A stretch of 64,000 nt of DNA from Ptychomitrium polyphyllum (taxonomy: Eukaryota): positions 7,440,001 to 7,504,000 of the forward strand of contig OZ316775.1 of the NCBI GenBank assembly GCA_973851085.1, given 5' to 3'. This document shows, one piece after another, positions 37,701 through 48,992 of this stretch. Below the pieces are notes generated by a model. It made no database searches. It worked only from the letters and a program-made list of their open reading frames with translations, and was not told where the DNA came from. Every line of letters starts with the position of its first letter. The first letter of the stretch is position 1. The position numbers were made by a program, and so were the translations under genes.

Positions 37701-40700
37701 GTGTCCACAGCTGCAAGTGCAGAAATACCTTCTCCTTTCATAGAATCACCTTCGTTCTTGCTAAATTGGCCTTCCTTCATACATGACCTGTGTATGAGTA
37801 TGTTGATGGGTTCTTCATGAACAGCTGTGAGAGATCTTCTTTTCGATCCTGTTAGAACTTCCATCAGTTTGAGACTGAAGATGATGGAACTTGGAATCAG
37901 AGTCTGTTTATTTTGTTGCCAATCAAATATAGCAAAAAAGTTTTGTATCTGATGTATCAGCCCAGATGTAACAAGTAAATCAGCCAAGTCATCTTGCATA
38001 CTCAGTTGACCATCGTCCATGCAAGGATGTTCCATAATAAGTATGGTTGAGTTTAATAACCCCTCTAAGATTTCTAATAAAATATGAAGTTCTTTGGACT
38101 TTTTATCTCTTTCAGACTTGGATTCATACGCATGTTCGTCTATGGAAGATGCAGAACTAGGTTCCTGGTAGAAATTGCCATAAGTACTAAATATCTCTAA
38201 ACTTGATAATAGCATTGGAACCAAGGGAGGTAGCAAGTTTCGAACTATAAAATAGCTCCGGTTTGCTGGAAGATACAAAAGAGTCTTTTGAATCTGCAAC
38301 AAATCTAAGGTAGTAGTTGGATCTTGTCGCAAAGGAATTGATGTTGCTGCAAAGTCAAGGAGGCCTAGTTGACGAGCAACATGAAGCTCCGCTTGCTTTT
38401 TGTCTAAACACTAAAAAACATTTACAATGTATCATTATGATAAGTTAATTGTTACACATTAAAAGTTTTTGAAGGATATGTTATTTCATGATATAACCTT
38501 TTTTTAATATAACTATTTTAGTGGTAATTGTCAGTTATTGATTCAATGAATTTATCAAGATGTTTTGTCAACTTTATCAAACTTCTTATAAATTTCATTC
38601 ATTTAAACAATCATTCATGCATGTGTCTTTTATTGATCTCATGCATAGGATCTATATTATATAAAGGACTAAAAGAACAATGAAGATCCAAAATTTGTAA
38701 ATTTAATTTATAGGATGTAATGAAAAAAAAGATTATAGAATTTATCAAATTTTCTAATGAGCTCATCAATTTAAAGGAGAAAATTGAAGTTTAATAGAAG
38801 AGATTTCCTTATATCATTGATGAATGTGATTGGATTTGTTGCATATGTATTAAAAGATTAAATAATTTTACTTTAGCAATCTTTGAAACAATGGAAATGG
38901 TTGTTGCAGTGTCTTTTGCAATTTGCACACAACGAAGTTTTTCCATCCATTTTCCAATCTTGACTTTTGCCAAACCTATAAGTTCATATATTCAACATTA
39001 GAAGGAAAATGAACAATGAAATGGCTGATTTCTAAAATTTATAGATCAATTTTTTTTTAAAAGTCCAAATGTAAAGCTTATATTAAAATATATATGGTCT
39101 TTGCATTTATAGATATATCTTAAATGTATTTGAAAATAAAACAAAACCTCTTTGTTCAAGTTATTAATAAAATTTCTAGTAATAAAGCCTTTGAAAAGGA
39201 ATTTTTTAAAATTAACAAAATCACAATGAACCAGAATTAAGAATCCAAAATTCAAACAAAACTTATTTGCAAATACAAGTTCAACAATACTTGAATACCT
39301 GTAGCAGTGGTTGAACCAATTCCAACACCTTCTATTCCTATGGGAGGTTCTATAAATTCAAGTTTTTTATTTGCTAACTTAAGTCGTATATTTTTGACTC
39401 TTTTTGACATTGCTTGCTTTTTAAAGAAATCAATCCTTGTAAAATGTGTATGTAAATTTTCAACATTTTTGTTTATTTTGTTATTTCTATGAGAATCTAT
39501 ATGCCAAAAGTTATTACATGAATATGGTTTATCACAATTATCTTCACTTATTAATGTTACACGACCTTTGATTTCTTCAACACAAGCTAAGCGTTTCTCT
39601 GCACATTCTTTTAACCTCTCACTAAGTCTCTTTTCAACATAGTCAATATTATATTCATGAACTTTATTTTTGATAGTTTTTTTTGAAAAATGTTCCATTA
39701 TATTTTTTGTTGGTTTCTTTAGAGTTAATTTGTAATTAGTTTCATCTTGCTTGTTATTTTTAATTTTTAATTCAACATTACTTTTTTCTAATAAATCTTT
39801 TGAAGTATTATTAATTTTTTTTTTCAAAAAAAATTGATGTTTTTCTCCATGTAATTCTTTTGAAGGATTTTGTGCCATCATTTCATTTTTTATTAAATCC
39901 AAATTTTTCATATTTTGAATTTTCTCAAAACCTTCACACCTTGATGGACCTCGTCGAGGTGTAGCCACTGCATCTAACCAATTTCTTTGTTGTTTCCAAT
40001 CATTACTACTATAACATTTTGTAGTTAAAGACCACGTTCCATTTTTTTCTTTATTTCTTAACTTTTCTTTTTCTTTAGTTTTAATATTGCTTGTGGATCT
40101 AATATTGCTTGATTTAGTAGGTCTCATTAATCTCCCTGTAAAAATATTTCGTGGAATCCTATTTGCTTTTCTCTTATGAACATCTTTATCTATATATTCG
40201 ACCATTTTTTGCCTTTCTTCTTCAACTCGATATCCAATTACAGATGCGGCCCGATTTTGTGAGTTTTCAAAATAATCGGCTCTTTTTCTTTTATCTCTAA
40301 AAGTATCAAAACCTTCTTTGCTATTCTTTAAAGCTTCAAAAGCTTTTCTTTCTTTAAAATAGATTAATGATTAATACTTTTGATAAATTAACAACGTTCA
40401 GTTATATTATTAAACAAAGTTCTTAATATAAACCAAAGTAGAAAGATTAGTAAATGGATTAATTTCAAGAAGCAAAAAAAATTGAAAATTCAATTCAAAA
40501 ACTTTTAAATCTTATTATTTTAGATATTTAATAAAAAATCAATGTCATAAAAATAGATTATAGTTTACAATACCTTCAAATGTATTATTTTGAGATATAA
40601 TTTGTGGTTGGCCAATAAATAATGATTCAGCTGTATTTACAATCATTCCAATTCTACAATCAACATCTCTACTTTCGCGTTGAAACTCTAGATGATGAGG

Positions 40701-43245
40701 TCTTTTAGGAATCTATTGAATTTATTTTCATAAACATGTTGTTAAGTTTTTTGATTATTTCAATTAAAATTAAAGTTATAGCACAATAACATCAATTGCA
40801 CTTTATAAAATAAAAACTTTCAATAATTAACAGTGTATGTATAACATTTTTTTAAAACAGTAAATAAAATAAATAACACATACCTCCCAAGACAAAGATT
40901 GAAAATGCTTTTTAGTCCTGCCATCAGCTTTGAACATTTCTGTGTTGGAAGTTAAAGAAACAGGAGCATTGGAAATAGTTACAGAAATCTGACTTGGGGT
41001 GTTTGTGGGATTTATATGAACTTGATTCTTGAAAGACTTTTTAGGAATTTCTACTTCAGAAGGATTCATTAAAATATGAGCTTCACAAAGGCCTTCGACT
41101 TTGTCCCTTTGATCAAATCCAATAGCTGATTTTTTATCTGTTTGAATTCTAAATTCCATTTGATTTAATTCAACTTCAAATTCTTTTATAGCATCCGGAA
41201 TTTCAAGTTTTTCTTCAATAATTTGAATATTTCTTTTACGTTCATGAACATGAGTTTCTAGAGTTGTTTCAAGTTTGTTTCCATTATTGTGGAGATAAAG
41301 GTCCTTCTCTGAAAAACAAGTATTATGTCTTTGAGCATTTGATTGAGGTTGAGAGTTTTGAAAAGCATTTTGTATTTTGTTGTTGGCTTCGTCAATTTGA
41401 ATTTTAGTCTCTTTTTCATTTATACAAGCATCAAAAAGTTTCATAACTTTGTGTTCAATAATATCATTTTTGTCATTAGAGTGGAGTTCAATTTTTTTTC
41501 CATTAGTACTTATTTCAGAATGCCCTTCATTAGTACGTGTCGAATGTTTTATGGTACCAACAATTGTTTCATATTTCTTGTCATTGGTTGTTGATGCATT
41601 AGTACATGATTTTAATTCCCTAAACTCTTGATTTGCTTCTTCGAAGAGAGTAATAGCCTCATCCATTTTTTCTGAAGCACCTTGAAGGTCACAAAGAAAA
41701 TAAAGTTCATCAACAGCTCTACTGAGATTTTCAAACAAATAGCACCATAGCTTTTCACGAAACCATTCTTTACAATCTCCTGCAGTAATCAACTTATGTC
41801 ATGTTAATTTAAAAAGTCATATAAACAATAACATACTGTACAGAAATAGCATCGTAGTCTAGTTACAAGCACTTAAAACTCTTATGCACATTTTTGTATT
41901 CTAAATTTGAAATTATATACAGAGTAACTTCAAATAATTATTAGAATGCCTTGAAAAAATGCTGTGTGTGGCTATAGTGATGTACAAAATTGCGTATACA
42001 CTCACGATCAGTGGATTCCAAAGCCAATTCATTACTTCCACTTCTTAAAAGCCCAGACTTTGAGTTTTCTAGTACACTTTTCCTTTTGTCAAATTGAAAC
42101 TGTTTTTGGATTTCTAAGTCTGATTCTAAAAAATTTGGCGGAGTTTTTGGTGGAGTAGACCTTAATTTGAGATTGTCTTCATTTATGTGCAAAAGATTGA
42201 CAAATGCATTATGCTGTAATTTCATATCATTTTCTACAAGTGTCTTCTCACTTGTCAGTGACGTTGTAATAGTACCAATATTCAATATTTCACTAGCAGA
42301 TTTCTTTTTATTATAATTTTTGAGCAGGTCATTAGAATTTTGTATTTCATGTACAGATTGTATACTGTACAAAGGTTTTACTGGCAAATTGCATTGCGAT
42401 TTAGTTCCAGTTTGGAACTCAGAACCACTCTTTGTAGATTCAGCAACATTTTTAAGCTCTTCAACATTACATGATGTAGAGACTATCAATTTGAATTGGT
42501 CTACTGGAGGTTTCTCTGCATTTATCCTTGGTGTAAGAGCTTTTGGACTGCTCCTAGAACTCACACTTTTAGAACCTGCCAGTAAAGCAAGTCCAGTTGA
42601 TCCTTGTATATTATCTTCTAATTGTTTTTTTTCTTTATTTTGATGATCATCATTTGCAAGGTTGTTAATAGGGTCCTGTAACACTCTATAAATATCAAGC
42701 GAAGGATTTTCAGTTTGTGTTGCTTCTTTTACAAAATGGCAAGGTAATTGTTGTTGGTGTTCTCCAGGGTCATTGTTCCCTGCAGCAATCATCTGGCATT
42801 TTGCTTCATCTGTTGGACTAGAAAGAGGTGACAATTTGTAACGATCCAAGAAGTTTTGTTTTATCTGTGCTGTTTCTTCTGTAAGTTCTACTTCTTCCAT
42901 ATGATCTATTTCATCTTCGTTATGATTTACGCAGTCATGTTTTGAAATGTCGCCAGTAGTAGCTGCAATGATCAAAGTTTTTCGTCGATGCTCTACATCT
43001 TTTATGTTTCTTTTTTCAAAACTGTTAAGTGTTGAATACAATATATTTGATGTGTTTCTTGAAGTTTTGATCTTTGATGTATGCCCATCTTTAGAAGCTA
43101 CCACTTGAAGATGTGAAGCTTTTGTATTAAGGTCAAAAATTAATTTGGTCTTATCCATTCTGGAGGCCAAATCGACCTCATCTTGAAACAATGTTGTACA
43201 TCTATATACACACACACAATTACCACTGAATCTTTCACTAATCAT
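34705..43245 (-). CDS. SCAPER-like protein (S-phase cyclin A-associated protein in the ER family), multi-exon; 5' end uncertain
   Basis: SCAPER_N motif CKEWFREKLWCYLFENLSRAVDELYFLCDL and SLSWE. C-terminal blocks AKVKIGKWMEKL, ELHVARQLGLLDF, YLPANRSYFIVRNLLPPLVPML, NQAILRWGKYPTILQK, CNLPFVFFSD.KLTPILIGTL, RFP.ELWSYAEEFFS. Junctions checked stay in frame. Confidence 0.88.
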
Positions 43246-45897
43246 TTTATGCTTGATTTTAAATAAAATTAAACTTTCAATTGAAATATTTAAGAAAAAA
43301 TACTATTTTGTGGTGATATTAGTTGGACTTAATTAAATTTTTAAGATTTGTTTCTTATATTCAAATGTTTCAACCAATATAATTTTCATTTATAATTATG
43401 CAAAGTTTATTTATTGAAAGGCACATTTATATTGAAGGCTTAACATAAAACTTGTGCAATTGGATTAATTCATTTGATTATTGAACTAAAGTAGGTTAAA
43501 CGTTAATGATATGATCACACCAATCTAAACATGAGGCACTTCAATAAAATAATTACACCTAAAGTTTTGATAAATCTTTATTTTCTTTCTTTTTAAAGAG
43601 TAAAAAAATATATTTATGAATAACTCTAAACACTTAATAATTACTTCATTGACTTGTATTTCCAATGTGCATGTGTTACCTTCATTTAGTTAATGCACAA
43701 TTTTATAGCAATAACAATAATCCACCAAGAAAATAATCTTGTCCAATTTTATTTCTAGATAATTCGTTCAAATTAAGTATACATTGTAAAAAACTTGAAT
43801 GCTTTATATTTAAAACGTCATTCTATACCCTTAATTCTTTATATTCTAAATCTTAATTTTGTATCACCAATCCGTATCATACTAATACCATACCAAGTGT
43901 CTTGACTTAACATCACCATATTCCCTATAATGAAATAAAGCATCAATTTTGGAACTACTGCATAGCCAATGTACAATGTTAACGTTTGGGACTAATGAAA
44001 TTTCTCAACATCATTATAGTGAATATGGTGTGAAACATGAACTCTGCCGTGCTGTCTAGAACTTGGAGTTCGTAGTGATAGAATCCACTGAAAATGAGAC
44101 AAAGATATTCAATCATTCTTACCAGGGAACTGAAGTTGATTGCCAACTTCTAGTCCAGAGATTGCAAGTAACTGCCGGAACTATCTCATTGCATTCCGTG
44201 GACATGGAAGCTGCAGATTACGCATCAGGCATCTTCTGCCAGTGAAGCAGGACTAGGTTGTCATTGGCAACTTCACATGCAGAGATTACTCGTCCAGGTC
44301 GTTGAAAACCTCCACTCTCGACAACACAGAATTTCAACTGAAACTCTACGTTACTGTCAACTACTGTAACATGGGAAAATTCTCCGCATAAGTTTGCACT
44401 GAACGAATTAGGCCTACTCCATGTTGAGGATGAAATTTCTACAGGAACTGAGTTGCTTTTTCATACTGATGGTCATATACTGACTTTGCAATGGGCGACT
44501 TACAGAAGGTAATGCCAGCCAGAAGATGTATTGCAAATTGACAACAATGCACATGAGCATCACGAGAGAAAGTTGCGTTTGCAAATACTTTCCTAGGATC
44601 AAAATTTGCATGTATGTGTACTATCAAGACTGCCTTTTGAAGCACAAAAATGAGTAACACCAGGAAGTTGATATTTCTACTCATTTCTGCAGAAGCTGCA
44701 CCAGAGAGTTTAAGACGCCAATCTCACTTCAACTCTAATTTCAATTATGTGAAGCAATGTGCAGACCTGCCTTCGAAGATGTGCAGATCGTGAAATTGGG
44801 TGAAACTTTTGTGCAAGGTTCAGCTGTCCGGCCGGGGAACCAAAGCGGCACCGGAGAAGTGTATTATGAGCATTAAGCGTCAAGCGTCGATTTCCACTGA
44901 ATATCCCCACGTTGAAAATTTTGTGCCTGTCTGCCCTGTTTGCATGATCGATGTGAGCAGCTAGCGCGGAGGTGATAGGTCAGCCAAACAGCATGGCTTC
45001 TGTATGGCTCGTGTCTCTCATGTTCGAGTCTCCCCTTTGGCAACGTCTGGTCCTCCAAGCGACATTCTTGCCCTGCATAACCAAATGCAACAGTTGCTCA
45101 CCCATTGGATCCATCCTGTTAGAGAAAGCCAAAGAAGAAGCCCATGTACACGTTCACACCATCTGATGCTCTTAATACTTCCTCAACTTAAATCACCTGC
45201 CCACTAGAAGAGAACCACGATACAACTTTATTCTAACCTGTCCTCATACTTCTGGGCCTTGAGATCGGATCCAATCTGTATTGCCAGTGTACAAACTAAG
45301 CGTCTTGTTAGTGAGGAAGTTTCCACTCTGACCTCTACCAACCATGAATTTGAAACTCAGTCAAGTATGAACCATGGAATTTGGCTTTGTAGTACTTGAC
45401 TTCTAACGAAATGCCATCAAAATTCACATCAGCATCCTTTCTTCTCGATTACTAGTAGTTTGATTCGTCCTGAACAGTATTAATAGAAAAGATGAGAATA
45501 CAACTTCGCAGTTCGGTACAAGCCTTGGATACCAACTGACGAAGTAGATCAAAACAAGAGAGCATTTCAAAATCTAACTGACAACTTGATGTAATTCAAA
45601 GGAAAAAATCAAATTAAATCTCGGCTGTGAACGTTGAACAAATGGGGGCTTTTCGACTATTTTATTCTATCTCTTTTGGCAAGTTTGTGCTTGCCAACGA
45701 AGGCTAGCTGACTTGAAGTTTCAGCAACTAAATTTATCCTACACTACCTTCAAATTCTAACCATCAAAGTCAATATGTTATCTTCAACTACCTATTTTAC
45801 CGCACGTAGCCATCAAAAAACATTTTCACAATGTATCAGTATTGAGTTCCTGATTGTGGGTTGCCGTTGTTTAAAATCCTCAATCTAGCTCAGGTTG

Positions 45898-46560
45898 TTA
45901 CCCTTCGTAGCTTGGCACGAAGAACTTCTTGGTCATGTCCACTGTCATTTTGTCCATCCCGAACCCCTTCTCCAAAATTTCGTCGTTGATAAATGGAGTG
46001 GAGCCGAACAGGGCGGGTGCGATCAGCTGGATGCCGGGGTTCTGCGCGTTCAACACGGACAACGTCGCGGAGTGCCCGCTACCAGTGTTGAGCTGAAAGT
46101 GCACAAGGCCCTTGGGGAACACGAAGAAGTCTCCCGTCTTCAGCGTCGCGGCGTACAGCTTCCCCGCGGTGTCGACGAAACCCATGTACACCTCGCCCTT
46201 GAGCACGGTGATCACCTCGGTGGCCCTGGGGTGGGTGTGGGGCGGCACGAGCCCACCCTTGGCATAGTTGATCTTCGCCAACGAGAAACCTAGAGTGTTG
46301 AGAGCCGGGTAGTTCACGCCAGCGAATCCGGGGATGATGCCGATCGCCAGCGGGTTGTTGGTGTCAGCGGTGACGCGGAAGCCGCTGAAAATGAAGTCCT
46401 CAGGCATCACCATCGCCGGGCTCTTGCAGGCCAGGCCGTTGAACATGAGAGTGCTCTTGAGATCCGCCACGCAGAAGTCATTGATGGGGCTGGGATCGCT
46501 GGCGGACACAACAGCCACGAGAAGAGCAGCCGCCGCAAACAGAACCATAAACTTGGCCAT
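45898..46560 (-). CDS. Germin-like protein (cupin, secreted), intronless, copy 1
   Basis: Signal peptide MAKFMVLFAAAALLVAVVSA, DPSPINDFCVAD, germin boxes GGLVPPHTHPRATE and GDFFVFPKGLVHFQ with Mn-ligand H,H,E,H intact. Confidence 0.96.
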   Translation of the reverse strand: MAKFMVLFAAAALLVAVVSASDPSPINDFCVADLKSTLMFNGLACKSPAMVMPEDFIFSGFRVTADTNNPLAIGIIPGFAGVNYPALNTLGFSLAKINYAKGGLVPPHTHPRATEVITVLKGEVYMGFVDTAGKLYAATLKTGDFFVFPKGLVHFQLNTGSGHSATLSVLNAQNPGIQLIAPALFGSTPFINDEILEKGFGMDKMTVDMTKKFFVPSYEG

Positions 46561-48902
46561 CTTCACAGAGAGCTGACAATGTGGACAACAGAGTGCCAAC
46601 AAAACTGGTAAGCTAGAACTTTTGAGACGTAAGAGAACTTGAGCAACTGACGACTTGTAGTCCTATGCAAAGATGTAGGTGAACGTCATGTATTTATGTA
46701 AAGAACTGTGCGATTGTGATAATTTCTCGGAGAACTCTGCGCAGACTTAATGATTTTGAAGAATGACCCCAGATCTTTAAATTTCTCCCCCCTTTTACTT
46801 CTTCGTTGCTGTGGATTTGGATTACTTCGCATCATGTTGACTATTACCTCTAAAAGAACAGGGCGGGGTCCAACGACGGGGTACATTAGAGTACCTGACC
46901 ACGTGTGAATGTGCAAGGGGACCCTTAGCAAGACGCGTACCGACTAGCCTAATCATATCTTGTTCAAGGTTAAGTAGGTTAAATGAAGAACTGGTTCAGC
47001 GCCTCGAGGCAAGATAAGGACTGTAAATTATGAAAGATTTCCTCGAATCCCGTCTCTCGACGTCGCTCTTACTTGCAAACTGCACCCTTAAATCCTTCAC
47101 AAGCGCCTCAGTTACGAATTATGGACGATAGGAACTCCACAAAACCAGGTGGTGGTTTGTGCACATCCTATAATCCTGATGAAAAGTGACGAGTACCTTT
47201 CCAAAACATGACTTTGTTAAAACCAGAATGATGTCCATAAATAGCATCAGGTGAACTGTACGATGTGGATTGGAAGGAAATGAATACCGACCTTTTTACA
47301 TACTCTCATATACCTTTTCACTCGTCTTTAGTCAACTTTCCTAGATATTAAGCTTGTGGGAGCAACCTGGAATGAAGGAATCCGAATTTCCCGCTAGTTG
47401 CTGTTCCGTGCCGACCTTTTTATCCAAGGTTTGCTCAGGACTGTGCTAATGGCTATTTACTCGTACGCTAATAGTTACTTTTCACATATACCTCACGAGA
47501 GCACTACGATACTGTTGGCAAATACCACAAGGAATGATCCAGGCTTTCAACGGCGTAATTTTACCCTTTGTTCAATTAACCGCCTCGGTATCACTTTGGT
47601 GTTGGATCATAACTTACCTTGAGTGTCCAGGTTTCAGTGGACATAATAAACTCCCCGGGACACCGGTGGTACTTTTGGAATGAAGTAATATTTACAATCG
47701 TATTCAAGTGGGATGAGAAAATGCATCAATATGCAAAACCATTAGTGAGTTATTCCAAAAGTTTGTTTTCGAAAAACATGATCTGTTTTTCATTGAACCA
47801 TTCTCTGCTTGATTACAGTTCATGCGAATTTTGGTAAGGATTCTACATTGCCGACATATTCACCTGAACAGGTGAGCTTAAGATCAGGTGGGACCTTCCC
47901 CCGGACAGCTGCACCATGTAATGGCGATGAAGGCTTTCGTCAGGCCCCTGACAGTCTGGCTTGTATTGGTTGCTCACGGCAAAGAATTTCTGTCCATTGA
48001 TGCCAGGAAAAAGGAAAAAGGGATGACTCTCATGCCATGACGACCATTAGCAAAAAGCACCGCTAGCTGTACAGCTCGAGGCCGTTCGCCAAGCCGGGCC
48101 TACCAACAGACTGCCAAGCAATTTCCACTTGATCGGACATCTAACTCCAAACTACCCAACCTTGAACCATCGTGCAGATGAATAATTCAAGTGACAAATC
48201 TCACAACGTCATCCAATCAATCACGACTTCAGGTCTTCAATTTGTTAATCTCTCGAAACACCTATCAGCTATCCATTAGCATTCTGGTCAATTTTGTTGG
48301 CACTCTGTTGTCCACATTGTCAGCTCTCTGTGAAGATGGCCAAGTTTATGGTTCTGTTTGCGGCGGCTGCTCTTCTCGTGGCTGTTGTGTCCGCCAGCGA
48401 TCCCAGCCCCATCAATGACTTCTGCGTGGCGGATCTCAAGAGCACTCTCATGTTCAACGGCCTGGCCTGCAAGAGCCCGGCGATGGTGATGCCTGAGGAC
48501 TTCATTTTCAGCGGCTTCCGCGTCACCGCTGACACCAACAACCCGCTGGCGATCGGCATCATCCCCGGATTCGCTGGCGTGAACTACCCGGCTCTCAACA
48601 CTCTAGGTTTCTCGTTGGCGAAGATCAACTATGCCAAGGGTGGGCTCGTGCCGCCCCACACCCACCCCAGGGCCACCGAGGTGATCACCGTGCTCAAGGG
48701 CGAGGTGTACATGGGTTTCGTCGACACCGCGGGGAAGCTGTACGCCGCGACGCTGAAGACGGGAGACTTCTTCGTGTTCCCCAAGGGCCTTGTGCACTTT
48801 CAGCTCAACACTGGTAGCGGGCACTCCGCGACGTTGTCCGTGTTGAACGCGCAGAACCCCGGCATCCAGCTGATCGCACCCGCCCTGTTCGGCTCCACTC
48901 CA
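45994..48902. repeat. 611-bp inverted repeat, arms 45994-46604 and 48292-48902, spacer ~1.69 kb
   Basis: The arms give identical translations in the sense frame and in the antisense ORFs of the track. Identity ends sharply 44 nt upstream of the ATG and after ...ggctccactcca. Confidence 0.93.
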
Positions 48903-48992
48903 ATCATCAAGCCCGAGGTCCTGTCCAAGGGGTTCGGAATCTCCTACGAGACGGTCGCATCGATCGAGAAGGGGTTTATGCCGGCCATGTAA
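48336..48992 (+). CDS. Germin-like protein (cupin, secreted), intronless, copy 2
   Basis: Same motifs; protein identical to copy 1 up to LFGSTP, with a different C-terminal tail. Confidence 0.96.
   Translation: MAKFMVLFAAAALLVAVVSASDPSPINDFCVADLKSTLMFNGLACKSPAMVMPEDFIFSGFRVTADTNNPLAIGIIPGFAGVNYPALNTLGFSLAKINYAKGGLVPPHTHPRATEVITVLKGEVYMGFVDTAGKLYAATLKTGDFFVFPKGLVHFQLNTGSGHSATLSVLNAQNPGIQLIAPALFGSTPIIKPEVLSKGFGISYETVASIEKGFMPAM

Noticed and set aside
44063..45207. Possible 5' exons of the SCAPER-like gene
   Set aside because: The candidate exon tested did not splice in frame to the 43.2-kb exon, so this was left unresolved.
45895..46576. Antisense ORFs over the germin genes (also 48320-48824)
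   Set aside because: Shadow ORFs caused by high GC3; used only as evidence of nucleotide identity between the arms.
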